A stretch of DNA of 64,000 nt from the NCBI GenBank assembly GCA_039648975.1, contig JBBWZK010000425.1, positions 272 through 64,271 on the forward strand. Direction: 5' to 3'. Source of the DNA: Blastocatellia bacterium. Lineage in GTDB: Bacteria; Acidobacteriota; Blastocatellia; UBA7656. A program made the position numbers and the translations under genes. This document shows, piece after piece, positions 29,169-38,646 of the stretch. A model generated the notes under the pieces. It saw nothing but the letters and a program-made list of their open reading frames with translations. It was not told the DNA's origin and did not search any database. Numbering within the stretch: position 1 is the stretch's first letter; the number at the start of each line of letters is the position of its first letter.

Positions 29169-30665
29169 ATGCGGTATCTCTCACGCCCCAGGGTTCTGCG
29201 CTATAGTGTTGCCTTATTGACGGTCGCCCTGGCGCTGTTCGTCACACTGCACGTCGAGCTACTCGCAAGCCGGACGCCCTTCGCCCTCTTTTTCGCTGCC
29301 GTCATGATCAGTTCCTGGTATGGCGGCTGGCAGCCCGGCCTGTTGGCTATCGCTTTGTCCGCCCTGACCAGTGAGTACTTCATCATCCCGCCGCTTTATT
29401 CGCTGATGAAGGAATGGAGCGGCATGGTGCAGGTGAGCACCTTCGTCCTGGTGGCGCTGCTCATCAACTGGCTCACGGCAGCACGGCAGCAGGGCGAAAA
29501 GTCGTTGCGTGAGAGCGAAGCCCGGTTGCAAACGATTGTCGAGAATCTCGCCGAGGGCTTGGCCGTTTCCGACCTCAATGGTCAGTTGCTGCATTTTAAC
29601 CGCGCCGCGCTGGGGATGCATGGCTTTGCCAACCTCGATGAAATCCGCCGCCACCTGACCGAGTTCGCTGAGATATTTGAACTATCGGCCCTGGACGGGG
29701 CGGTCTGGCCTGTGGCGCAATGGCCGCTGGCCCGCATTATGCGCGGCGAGACCCTGCGCGATCTGGAGGTACTCATCCGCCGCAGGCAATCCGACTGGCA
29801 ACGAGTTTTCAGTTACGGCGGCAGCCTCGTCTACGATGCCGCCGGTCAGCCGATGATGGCAATCGTCACCATGATCGATATCACCGAACGCAAGCACGCC
29901 GAGGACAAAGTCCAGCAACTCAATGAAAGACTTGAACAGCGTGTGCTTGAGCGAACGGCGCAACTCGAAGTCGCGAACCGTGAGCTTGACGCTTTCTCTT
30001 ATTCGGTCTCGCACGACCTGCGCGCACCACTGCGGCATCTTGACGGATTCAGTCAGGCGCTACTTGAGGATTACGCCGACAAGCTGGACGCCGAAGGCCA
30101 GGGCTATCTCCAACAGGTGCGCGGCGCCAGCCAGGAGATGGCGCAATTGATTGACGACCTGTTGCAGTTGGCGCGCGTGACGCGCAGTGAGATGCGCCGC
30201 GAGGCGGTCAACCTGAGCGAGATCGCGCGCGCGGCTGTGAATGCACTGCAAAAAACCAATACCGGGCGGCGCGTCGCCGTCCATATCGCCGAAGGGCTGG
30301 TGACCTACGGCGATAAGCGCCTGTTACAAGTCGTGCTCAACAACCTGCTGGGCAACGCATGGAAGTTTACCTCCGAGCGACAACCGGCAGAGATCACCTT
30401 CGGTCAAGAACCGCTGGATGGCGAGGCGGTTTATTTCGTCCGCGACAATGGCGCGGGATTCGATATGGCTTACGCCAATAAGCTATTCGGTGCCTTTCAG
30501 CGACTTCATACGGCTAACGAGTTCGAGGGCACCGGCATCGGGCTGGCGACCGTGCAGCGCATCGTTCATCGTCATGGTGGCCGCGTCTGGGCGGAAAGCA
30601 AGGTGAACCAGGGGGCCACCTTCTACTTCACGCTGGGCTCGACTGAGATCCAGGCTCTTCCATAG
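29169..30665 (+). CDS. sensor histidine kinase (DUF4118-like TM region, PAS, HisKA, HATPase)
   Basis: H-box FSYSVSHDLRAPLRH. NLLGNAWKF. GTGIGLATVQRIV. Confidence 0.9.
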   Translation: MRYLSRPRVLRYSVALLTVALALFVTLHVELLASRTPFALFFAAVMISSWYGGWQPGLLAIALSALTSEYFIIPPLYSLMKEWSGMVQVSTFVLVALLINWLTAARQQGEKSLRESEARLQTIVENLAEGLAVSDLNGQLLHFNRAALGMHGFANLDEIRRHLTEFAEIFELSALDGAVWPVAQWPLARIMRGETLRDLEVLIRRRQSDWQRVFSYGGSLVYDAAGQPMMAIVTMIDITERKHAEDKVQQLNERLEQRVLERTAQLEVANRELDAFSYSVSHDLRAPLRHLDGFSQALLEDYADKLDAEGQGYLQQVRGASQEMAQLIDDLLQLARVTRSEMRREAVNLSEIARAAVNALQKTNTGRRVAVHIAEGLVTYGDKRLLQVVLNNLLGNAWKFTSERQPAEITFGQEPLDGEAVYFVRDNGAGFDMAYANKLFGAFQRLHTANEFEGTGIGLATVQRIVHRHGGRVWAESKVNQGATFYFTLGSTEIQALP

Positions 30666-30922
30666 GAAGGCTATGACGATAGGTGGACGCGCAGGATTGA
30701 CCTATTAAGGGCGCTTCTCCCTCGCCGGCTACACGATCCCTCACAACGAAATCGCCTTAGACGGGCAAAGCAGCGCGCACGGGGATGGTATGCAAGTGAG
30801 ATTTCAACTCTGGCAGCGCCCGCTCCTTATAATAGCCTTACCTATTTGACATGCATATTACTTTTGCATAGAACTATCCGGGGAGCCACACGCGGCGAGA
30901 TTACAGCTTGCCCAAGGGTTGA

Positions 30923-32830
30923 ATGACACCAACTCAGATTGACCAAAAACGTTTACGAAATAAACTATCCCGCGCCGCCCTTTGGCCATGGGTTTGGCGT
31001 TACGGGCTTGGACTGCTGGCATTTGCCCTGCTCCTATTACTAGCCATCGCCTTTCGCTATTTTTCAATCCAATTTGATTTCACCCTTCTGGTCATCGCCA
31101 TGCTACTGGGGGTCGCCTGGTATGGCGGTACAGGCCCAGGATTACTGCTGGCTATCTTGCTTGAGATCGCCACCCTAGCCTTGTCCAACCCGCAGCCAAT
31201 CTCCTGGCCGAAGTTTATATTCGCTGAGTTCAACCGAACGGTTCTGCTGATGTTCCTGGTTCTGCTCGTCAGTTCCCGCAAAAAGGCAGAGCATCGCTTG
31301 CGCGAGCAGCATGAGCATTTGCAAGCCTCCGAAGAGCGATTCTCCAAAGCCTTCAACGCCAGCCCGGTGCCCATGAGTATCGTTACCTACAAAGAGGGGC
31401 GCTACCTTGAGGTGAATGAGAGCTTCTTGCGCAACAGCGGTTATACACGCGCAGAGCTCATCGGTCGCACAACTACCGAGATTGGCATTTATGCAGAACC
31501 GGGAGAGCGTGACCGGCTCAGGCAGATTCTTCAGCAGCAAGGAAACATCAACAACGTGGAAGTCCGTCGCCGTGTCAAGAGCGGTGAAGTGCGCGCCGCC
31601 CTTACCTCATCAGAGTTGATCACCCTCGACGGCGAGCAATGCATCCTCACGACGACCAATGACATCACCGAACGCAAGCAACTCGAAGAACAGCTCATTC
31701 AAGCACAAAAGATGGAAGCCGTAGGCAGGCTCGCCGGCGGCATCGCCCATGATTTCAATAACCTGCTTACTGCCATTATCGGCTACAGCCAGATCGTCAT
31801 GAGCAGGCTTAATGAGGGCGACCCGATGCGGCGGCAAATCGAAGAGATTGAGAAGGCCGGCAACCGTGCTGCGGCCCTCACCCACCAGCTTCTGGCCTTC
31901 AGCCGCAAACAGGTGCTGCAACCCAGGATACTGAATCTCAATGCGGTGATCGCCGACATCGGCAAGATGCTACAGCGGCTGATCGGCGAAGACATCGAAC
32001 TCAGAACCAATTTAAATTTGCTGATCGGCTCCGTGCAGGCCGACCCCGGACAGATCGAGCAGGTGATCATGAACCTGGCGGTCAACGCCCGCGACGCCAT
32101 GCCGGCGGGCGGCAAGCTCACTATTGAGACGCAAGACGTCTTTTTGGATGAATCCTACACCAGACTGCATGCGGAGGTTCAGCCGGGCGCATACGTGATG
32201 CTGGCGATGAGTGATACAGGGACGGGGATGGACAAGCAGACGCAAGCGCGCATCTTCGAGCCTTTCTTTACGACCAAAGAGAAGGAGAGAGGGACAGGTC
32301 TGGGGTTATCCACGGTCTACGGAATCGTCAAACAGAGCGGCGGTCACGTCTGGGTTTACAGCGAGCCGGGCAAAGGCACGACATTCAAAATCTATCTGCC
32401 GCAGATTGAGGAACCGCCTGACGCACAGGAGATTCGCCCGCAAGTTCCTGAGTTGCTGGCGGGGACGGAAACCATCCTGCTGGTGGAAGACGAGGAGGTG
32501 GTGCGGAACTTAACCCGTCAGGTTCTTGAAATGAATGGCTATACCGTCCTGGAATCCGGCAATCCCGACGAAGCCCTACGAATCGCCGAACGGTGTCGAG
32601 AGACAATCCACCTGATGATCACCGACGTGGTGATGCCGGGCATGAGCGGGCGGATGCTGGCGCTGCGCCTGGCGTCATCACGCCCGGCAACCAAAGTGTT
32701 ATACATATCCGGGTACACGGACGACGCCATCGTGCACCATGGGATATTGGATTCGGACATCCCTTTTCTGCAAAAACCGTTTACGCCTGACGGCTTATTG
32801 CGCAAGGTGCGTGAACTGCTGGGTGCTTGA
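30923..32830 (+). CDS. hybrid sensor histidine kinase with C-terminal receiver
   Basis: H-box AGGIAHDFNNLLTAI. GTGLGLSTVYGIV. Receiver ILLVEDEEVV...ITDVVMPGMSG. Confidence 0.9.
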   Translation: MTPTQIDQKRLRNKLSRAALWPWVWRYGLGLLAFALLLLLAIAFRYFSIQFDFTLLVIAMLLGVAWYGGTGPGLLLAILLEIATLALSNPQPISWPKFIFAEFNRTVLLMFLVLLVSSRKKAEHRLREQHEHLQASEERFSKAFNASPVPMSIVTYKEGRYLEVNESFLRNSGYTRAELIGRTTTEIGIYAEPGERDRLRQILQQQGNINNVEVRRRVKSGEVRAALTSSELITLDGEQCILTTTNDITERKQLEEQLIQAQKMEAVGRLAGGIAHDFNNLLTAIIGYSQIVMSRLNEGDPMRRQIEEIEKAGNRAAALTHQLLAFSRKQVLQPRILNLNAVIADIGKMLQRLIGEDIELRTNLNLLIGSVQADPGQIEQVIMNLAVNARDAMPAGGKLTIETQDVFLDESYTRLHAEVQPGAYVMLAMSDTGTGMDKQTQARIFEPFFTTKEKERGTGLGLSTVYGIVKQSGGHVWVYSEPGKGTTFKIYLPQIEEPPDAQEIRPQVPELLAGTETILLVEDEEVVRNLTRQVLEMNGYTVLESGNPDEALRIAERCRETIHLMITDVVMPGMSGRMLALRLASSRPATKVLYISGYTDDAIVHHGILDSDIPFLQKPFTPDGLLRKVRELLGA

Positions 32831-32879
32831 TGGGTAGGGCAATTGTCCGACGCTGGAACCTCGCTCATAGCGCCTACCT

Positions 32880-33167
32880 TCAGCCGTTGAAACTGATGCC
32901 GATCTCGAAGCCGTCTGGTGCCGCTCCCGCCCATTTAACCTCGGCGGCGGAACTTCCACGTTGACCTTCTATATCTAGGGTTACGTTGATGCGCTTTCCT
33001 ACAGGCGGTTTACGGTTGGTCAACAGGCTTGCGCCGCTGTTGCTGATGGAAGTGGTAAATGTTGCTTCGGTAATTTCCTTGCCGTCCTCACTGAGCCAGT
33101 GCAGCAGGGCCGAGAAGCGGACGTTGACTCTTGGCTCCTTGCGCCTTTCCCATATATTGGAAGCCAT
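32880..33167 (-). CDS. PilZ domain protein
   Basis: ERRKEPRVNV (RxxxR) and ISNSGASLL (D/NxSxxG) c-di-GMP-binding signatures. RBS agaggga. Confidence 0.8.
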   Translation of the reverse strand: MASNIWERRKEPRVNVRFSALLHWLSEDGKEITEATFTTSISNSGASLLTNRKPPVGKRINVTLDIEGQRGSSAAEVKWAGAAPDGFEIGISFNG

Positions 33168-33466
33168 TAGTTCCCTCTACCGATTGAATGTTCATCCTGC
33201 ACAAGAACGCTGTCTCTAATAAGGGGGGTATCGACAACGTGAGCTTGCTGAAACCTAATGGTAACAAACCTCTGCATTGCTGCGCCACAAGCGCCTGACA
33301 GCCACGGGCGTGAGGTGCAAAACTGACCGATAAGCGCGTTTCTCCAGCGCCGGCCTTGCCGTGAAGCGTCCGGCAGCAAGATCGCTGCGCCTTGCCCGCT
33401 TTCCTGCGCGCAGGGATAGCCCGCAATCGAGAATCCGCCCGTCAATTCGCAGTCAGGCGGCCAGTC

Positions 33467-33889
33467 TCACCGCTGCCTTTTGAAGAGCAGCACGGCGCGC
33501 TGCGGCCTGATGTTCGGCTGGAGCCCGGTCACATACTCTTCTTTGCCGAAGTTGGGATATGCGGTTTCCATCTCCAGCCAACTACTGACCATCTCCCATC
33601 CTTCATCGCTCATCGCCGCGATCCGGCTTTCGTCAATCTGGATCGTCGCGAACTTCATCGCGCCGGTGCCGGTGCGGTCGTTCGACTCGGAGCCGTATTG
33701 CAGGAATGTATATTCAAACTTCGGCCTTGGCTTGAAGGCGGTCCAGCCCAACAACAGCACGCAGAGGCAAACCAGGCCGATCAACGCCGGGCCGTAGGCT
33801 GCGGGAAAAGAGCGCGGCGCGCTGGCCGGCGTCGCGGCGGGCTGTTCGTTCGGATGATCATCGGGCGGTGAGCTTGTCGTCATGGGCAT
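33467..33889 (-). CDS. single-pass membrane protein, hypothetical
   Basis: ATG at 33889 follows aggag (MPMTTSSPPDD...). TM segment ALIGLVCLCVLLLGW. The longer ORF to 34003 lacks an RBS. Confidence 0.55.
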   Translation of the reverse strand: MPMTTSSPPDDHPNEQPAATPASAPRSFPAAYGPALIGLVCLCVLLLGWTAFKPRPKFEYTFLQYGSESNDRTGTGAMKFATIQIDESRIAAMSDEGWEMVSSWLEMETAYPNFGKEEYVTGLQPNIRPQRAVLLFKRQR

Positions 33890-34049
33890 CTCCTGTTCGT
33901 GAGTGATTCGAGGTGGCGGGAAATAAATACACCTGACAGCGGCTATGGTCAACATTACTGAAAACAAAAAAAAGCGGCGCAGCCCGCGAAGGCCACGCCG
34001 CATTAGTCACGATGATAAAGTCTCTCTACCCTATAAGCCTGGCGCACGA

Positions 34050-34799
34050 TCATCCGGCCAGCGTCTCGCCGTAAGTCAGATGACCAGCGCCGGCGATCAC
34101 GGCATCAAGAGAAACGACGCTGAAATCAGTGACCCGCAGCTTGCTCATCTGTCGCTGATAGTATGGCACCATGCGCGCCAGGTCGCTCAGATCGAAGTCG
34201 CCGGCCAGCGCCGCCAGCGCCATCTCTTGCGCGACGTCTTCGCGCAGATCGGCGGGCAGGTTGCGCGGCAAGGCACCAGCAACTACGTCGAGCAGCGCCG
34301 CGCCGTGCGACCGAGCGGCGCTCTGCCGCGCCCGCCTGATGTTCGCCGGTGCCGGCACCGGCGCGATGAATCGTGGCCGGTTCGCAGTGTAATAGCATCC
34401 GCACGGGTTGCAGCGGTAGCGCATCTTGCCGTGTTGATCTTTGCTGGCCTTGCGCATCCGCTTGCGACAGGCGACGTGCCAGGGGTTGCTTTGCGGCGAC
34501 GGCTTATCGTTGCGGATCCGCGTCACCGGATAATAGTGGCCACAAGATTTGCAATAGTAGCGCTGCCGGCCTTTGGTGTCTTTGCCGAGCTTGCGCATCA
34601 GACTGCGGCAAGCGGTGCAGTGTGGGTTGAGCGGCGCGGTGTGCATCGGATGATTGGCCGTGTATGACGCCATGAAATGTCGCCGGCAACTTTCGAGACA
34701 TCCGTACACCTGGCCGCCTCTCGATCTTCCTCGTTTGCTGCTGCGCCCGCCGCATCGAGGGCAGCGCGGGTTGGCTGCGGTCTTCGGCTTATAGTTCAT
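34050..34799 (-). CDS. protein with three IS1-InsA-like zinc ribbons and a helical C-terminal domain
   Basis: CPRCGG...YGCLESC, CTACRS...QRYYCKSCGHYY and CRKRMR...MRYRCNPCGCYY. Confidence 0.65.
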   Translation of the reverse strand: MNYKPKTAANPRCPRCGGRSSKRGRSRGGQVYGCLESCRRHFMASYTANHPMHTAPLNPHCTACRSLMRKLGKDTKGRQRYYCKSCGHYYPVTRIRNDKPSPQSNPWHVACRKRMRKASKDQHGKMRYRCNPCGCYYTANRPRFIAPVPAPANIRRARQSAARSHGAALLDVVAGALPRNLPADLREDVAQEMALAALAGDFDLSDLARMVPYYQRQMSKLRVTDFSVVSLDAVIAGAGHLTYGETLAG

Positions 34800-34802
34800 A
34801 GT

Positions 34803-35447
34803 TCAGACTCCAGGTGCAGGCCGGGCCGCACCGCTGCGACAAAGCAAGACAGCGGCTTGTCTTCTCTCGCCCAAGCTCGCCCGGCAAGGGTCGCCGTCGC
34901 CAATCTCGCCGCTGGTGCTTTTCGGCAGCCCGCGCTTGATGACCATCAAGGCATTGCCGAACTCCCATCCCAGGGTGTCGACCGCGTTGACGATCCAGCC
35001 CTTGCTTTTGATATAGGCCCACGATGTAACCCGGATGCGCTTTGCCGAAGTGTCCACCGTTCCCCAGATCGTCGAAAGCTCTGGGTATTGCGGCAGCGTG
35101 AAGGTGTCGCTTTCGATGGTGATATAGAAGCGGCGCGGATCAACGTCGCCGACGTAGACGCAAGGCGACCAGGCCGCGATGCGCTCGCCCCATTTCAGAT
35201 CGATCCACGCGCCGAAGTCGCGCTGGCGCTCGATCTGAAAACGGAAGTCGGCAGCGGCAGCCGCGCCATACTTGCGCTCGATCTTCGCGGCGCGCTTTTC
35301 GATGTAGCGCCCGCTTGCTGCATCGAAGCCCTGCGCATCGTAGGCGATGCCATAGCGCGGGCTGAATTTGGTTTGTGAATGAGCGTACCCTGACAAGAGC
35401 ACGCCGAGACAGATTGCCGCCAGCAAGCGGCTGTTGTAAGTTTTCAT
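34803..35447 (-). CDS. secreted hypothetical protein
   Basis: Internal ATG gives signal peptide MKTYNSRLLAAICLGVLLSGYAHSQ. The stop lies 3 nt before the next gene's start. Confidence 0.6.
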   Translation of the reverse strand: MKTYNSRLLAAICLGVLLSGYAHSQTKFSPRYGIAYDAQGFDAASGRYIEKRAAKIERKYGAAAAADFRFQIERQRDFGAWIDLKWGERIAAWSPCVYVGDVDPRRFYITIESDTFTLPQYPELSTIWGTVDTSAKRIRVTSWAYIKSKGWIVNAVDTLGWEFGNALMVIKRGLPKSTSGEIGDGDPCRASLGERRQAAVLLCRSGAARPAPGV

Positions 35448-35665
35448 TGTTGGATAGGCTTTCTGGGCTTCGGCCCGGTGAGTCGGCCCGGCGAGTGGTG
35501 ACACACCCGCCGGGCTTACCTGTTTGTGACGATGAGCCGCGTACGACGCACGGCCCGGTTGATGGTTATGGCTTCGGCGTCTGCTGCCATTGCTGTTGCT
35601 TGCGCTGATTGCGACCGGCGAGCGCCGCTTCGATCATGTGGTCGAGCGCTGGCGCGTCGCCGGCT

Positions 35666-36340
35666 TCATTCGTCATCCTTTTTGATTTTGGTGACGACGA
35701 GCGGCGGATTTTCGGTCTGAAACCGTCTCAGGCCGCCGCGGGTTTGCATCGATATTAATTCACCATGTCCGGCAACGAAGTAGCCGATGTAAAACCTCTT
35801 ATTCGTGCTGGGCAGAACGATCAAATCGCCCGGCTCCGGCGTCTTGTATTTAAGGTGCATAATGTCGTCTTCTGCGATGCCGAACTCTGGCTTGCCGCCG
35901 CACACGCCAAAGGCATAGCAGCCGTCTTCGTCTGACCAGTCGTCAGCAAACGGGTCGTTTTGCTTCGACAGCTTGGCGATGAAGTCAGCGACCGCCTTCT
36001 GGTCGGGTTCCGGTAGCGGGTCAGGCTCAGGACGTTGCTGCGGCGCGGCCTCCGGCTCTTCGCCTTTGAGAATTACCAAAGCGCGGTCTAGCCTCTTCCT
36101 GTTGACGATAGACGTATGCAGGTGCAGACACGCCATCATGCAATCGATCACTGCGTTGTCAGCTTTAAGCGCCAACAGAAAATCAATAAGCCTGAGCCGT
36201 TCGGCGTGTTTGAGATACTTACTTGCTTTTGGGTTTGCAGCGCGGCGCTGAAACTTATCGAGGCGCGATTGCCGTTCCTTATGTTGAACCTCAGTGACAA
36301 GGCTATCGGGAAGCGTCAGATCATAGTGCGGTTTGTTCAT
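35666..36340 (-). CDS. hypothetical protein of the leftward operon (possible repressor-like)
   Basis: 224-aa ORF. Proline-rich linker (PEPDPLPEPD) between two domains. No catalytic motif recognised. Confidence 0.55.
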   Translation of the reverse strand: MNKPHYDLTLPDSLVTEVQHKERQSRLDKFQRRAANPKASKYLKHAERLRLIDFLLALKADNAVIDCMMACLHLHTSIVNRKRLDRALVILKGEEPEAAPQQRPEPDPLPEPDQKAVADFIAKLSKQNDPFADDWSDEDGCYAFGVCGGKPEFGIAEDDIMHLKYKTPEPGDLIVLPSTNKRFYIGYFVAGHGELISMQTRGGLRRFQTENPPLVVTKIKKDDE

Positions 36341-36342
36341 GC

Positions 36343-36678
36343 CTACGCCTCCCCGTCATTACGCTGTGAAGAGAAGAACCCGCGCGCGGACATGATGGTT
36401 GTGTCCGCAAAGATCGCATCGCGCATGACGATCTCAGGCTCACCGCCATCAACTAGAAGACTGAAAGAGCTTTCCATCTTGCCATCACCGTCTTCATGCA
36501 AGGCTGATATCGTCACAGCGCCATCGGGGGTTACAGCTAAGAGCAAGCGGCCTTTCTCTTTCGCATCGAAAAACGCAAGCATCGCCATGTCATCTTCAAG
36601 AAAAAGTGATGCGCGCTGTTTGCCGTTGCTATCGGTTAGGATGAATTTGTTTGCGGTGACTACGACTTCATCAGTCAC
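36343..36678 (-). CDS. hypothetical protein
   Basis: 111-aa ORF, 2 nt upstream of the next gene in the operon. Confidence 0.55.
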   Translation of the reverse strand: MTDEVVVTANKFILTDSNGKQRASLFLEDDMAMLAFFDAKEKGRLLLAVTPDGAVTISALHEDGDGKMESSFSLLVDGGEPEIVMRDAIFADTTIMSARGFFSSQRNDGEA

Positions 36679-36800
36679 TTCAGGTTCCGGGAATGGCAGA
36701 ACCTTTTTCGTGCTACACTCATGTTGACCTCGTTTCTTGGAAAAAGGTTTGGGTTGGAAGGCTGGTGGCGTCCACTAAGATTTCCACCAGCCCTTGTTTT

Positions 36801-36890
36801 CTACTCGTCTTCGTCGCTGCCCTGTTCGGCCCAATAGTCAGCGCCACGTTCATCGTATTGGTACTGCTGGCCTGCCAGGTCTTCGTACAT
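36801..36890 (-). CDS. small acidic protein (29 aa)
   Basis: Manual ORF MYEDLAGQQYQYDERGADYWAEQGSDEDE with RBS gaggag 8 nt upstream. First gene leftward of the switch region. Confidence 0.35.
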   Translation of the reverse strand: MYEDLAGQQYQYDERGADYWAEQGSDEDE

Positions 36891-36922
36891 TGTTGTTACT
36901 CCTCTCGTTAAAATTCAATACT

Positions 36923-36948
36923 TAAATATAGCGTTATAACGCTATATT
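36923..36948. promoter_or_regulatory. 26-bp perfect palindrome (candidate operator) in a divergent promoter region
   Basis: aaatatagcgtta|taacgctatattt. A related half-site, acgctattttt, overlaps the putative -35 at 36970. Confidence 0.6.
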
Positions 36949-36969
36949 TGTCAATCGTAAAACAGCGCC

Positions 36970-36996
36970 TTGACGCTATTTTTCTTCCGATATAAA
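36970..36996 (+). promoter_or_regulatory. candidate sigma70-type promoter for the rightward operon
   Basis: ttgacg (36970-36975), a 15-nt spacer, then tataaa (36991-36996). The ATG is at 37006. Confidence 0.4.
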
Positions 36997-37005
36997 ATGC
37001 ACAAT

Positions 37006-37212
37006 ATGAAAATCATCAGTACGAAAGATGCCGCTGAGAGGCTGGGAATAAGTCTTAGGCAGATACAAACCCTGATCGGGCAAGGCAAACTTCCTGCTTC
37101 AAAAATCGGGCGCGATTATGCGATTGACGAAAAAGATTTGAAGCTTGTCGAGACCCGCAGAAAGGGAAGGCCACCGAAAGCTTCGTCGGCAAAGAGAGGC
37201 AAAGCGAAATGA
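37006..37212 (+). CDS. excisionase-family (MerR-like HTH_17) DNA-binding protein
   Basis: MKIISTKDAAERLGISLRQIQTLIGQGKLPASKIGRDYAIDEKDL with a basic tail. Confidence 0.7.
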   Translation: MKIISTKDAAERLGISLRQIQTLIGQGKLPASKIGRDYAIDEKDLKLVETRRKGRPPKASSAKRGKAK

Positions 37213-37550
37213 GAATCATATTGAACAGAATATGGATTAGCCATGCGCCTTTGGTAACACAGGAGAAAGGTTCCGTCAGTGGGCAGATCGCGTTTGATAC
37301 AGGGCTGAAGATTGAGTTCGACGAAGATTTGTTACCAGAAGAATTGGAGTATATCCGCGACGGTCTTGGGGACTTAACGCAGAGAGTTAGAGAGCGAGTT
37401 CTTAATGCGATCCAAGCACTGGATGAACAGGAAACACCCACCGGGCATTTGGGGTCAAGATCAGAAGGAATCAAGCCGCCGGAATTAAAGCCCGGCCTGA
37501 AGCCTGACGCGAAGAAAGCCGTGAAAGCCACGCGCCGGCGCAAGGAGTGA
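37209..37550 (+). CDS. hypothetical protein
   Basis: 113-aa ORF whose start overlaps the previous stop (ATGA). Confidence 0.55.
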   Translation: MRIILNRIWISHAPLVTQEKGSVSGQIAFDTGLKIEFDEDLLPEELEYIRDGLGDLTQRVRERVLNAIQALDEQETPTGHLGSRSEGIKPPELKPGLKPDAKKAVKATRRRKE

Positions 37551-37939
37551 CCAGGTTGCCCGCCAATAATCCGCTCATCGCTATGATCGACGGCCTGATT
37601 GCGCAACTTCAACTGGTGCGCGCCGAAGTCGAGCGCCAAGACGCCGCCCGGCTGCGTGACCAGTCCGAGATGATCGAAGCGGCCCGCCGCGTGGCACGTA
37701 GCGACGACATGAGCAGCCGCGAGGTTGCTGAATTTCTCGGCATCAGTCAGCGATCCGTCGAGAAAGGCATCGCCGGCACGGAAAAGGCATTCCGTGCCCG
37801 CATCAGGAACGGCAAGCGTGCCGCGCATCTGCGGCTGAGAGTCGAACTGCACAGGCGCAATCTGATGGATCACGGCGACTGCGGCGACTGCGACCGCGTT
37901 AGTTTTACTGGCCCGCAGATGAAAACAAAGGCAAGATGA
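37547..37939 (+). CDS. hypothetical protein with a possible HTH
   Basis: 130-aa ORF with overlapping start. SSREVAEFLGISQRSVEKGI. Confidence 0.55.
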   Translation: MTRLPANNPLIAMIDGLIAQLQLVRAEVERQDAARLRDQSEMIEAARRVARSDDMSSREVAEFLGISQRSVEKGIAGTEKAFRARIRNGKRAAHLRLRVELHRRNLMDHGDCGDCDRVSFTGPQMKTKAR

Positions 37940-38205
37940 TGCTCAAAGGCAAGAATCCATTGCATCTGCCGCCGCACAGTGACCGTGTGCCAGTCGAATA
38001 CAGCGCGCGTTGCTTCTGTGGCGCACGTTACTTGATATTCAATCCGGGTGTGCAGTCCATCGGCGACGCTGAAGGCAGAGCGCGCGAGCGCGCCGGGCAG
38101 ATGCATGCACGCTTTGTCAATTCATCGCTTGAGCCGTTCGTGATGTGCGTATGTGGCTCGGCGCTCGACTTCGGTGAGGGCGAAGCGTCTGAGCTGATGA
38201 CGTGA
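37936..38205 (+). CDS. hypothetical protein
   Basis: 89-aa ORF with overlapping start. Confidence 0.5.
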   Translation: MMLKGKNPLHLPPHSDRVPVEYSARCFCGARYLIFNPGVQSIGDAEGRARERAGQMHARFVNSSLEPFVMCVCGSALDFGEGEASELMT

Positions 38206-38236
38206 TCGAAGCAAACCGAAGCAGTGAGGATCTACT

Positions 38237-38431
38237 ATGAGGACCCTTCGTTCAATATCAGCGGTGTTGGGGATCGCGCTTTTGGTTGGCGGTTTGGCGG
38301 CTGTGCTAAATGGAGGCGGTAGAATCGATCAGGTCGCCGCCTTGGGGCACACCATGATAACAGCAGGCGCCATCATCATTGCGGGGGTTGTTATTGGCTC
38401 GGCGATAACGGACAAGGGCAGAAGTGAATGA
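38237..38431 (+). CDS. small membrane protein
   Basis: 64 aa with two hydrophobic segments (AVLGIALLVGGLAAVL, ITAGAIIIAGVVIGSAI). Confidence 0.5.
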   Translation: MRTLRSISAVLGIALLVGGLAAVLNGGGRIDQVAALGHTMITAGAIIIAGVVIGSAITDKGRSE

Positions 38432-38526
38432 CCCTTCCCTTGCTGATCCGCTACGAGCCGTTCGTACTCTGCCCGTGCGACGAGTGCCTGGACTTCACGC
38501 CGGGCGAATCGTACGAGATGGTGATG
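38428..38526 (+). CDS. possible translationally coupled 32-aa Cys-containing peptide
   Basis: Its ATG overlaps the previous TGA (ATGA). MTLPLLIRYEPFVLCPCDECLDFTPGESYEMVM. There is no other support. Confidence 0.25.
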
Positions 38527-38646
38527 TGATTCGGCATGGCTGCACCGCGTTGCGCCGGTGTACACTTGGGTGTACGTTAATGTGGACAAATTCAAGCTGA
38601 CCGTAGCAAGTGGCAAACCGTACTTTGACCTTGTTGGAGCAAACCG

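Noticed and set aside
37055-37873. 272-aa minus-strand ORF
   Set aside because: It overlaps three plus-strand genes that are translationally coupled (ATGA overlaps), the first being a clear HTH protein. No RBS or motif supports it.
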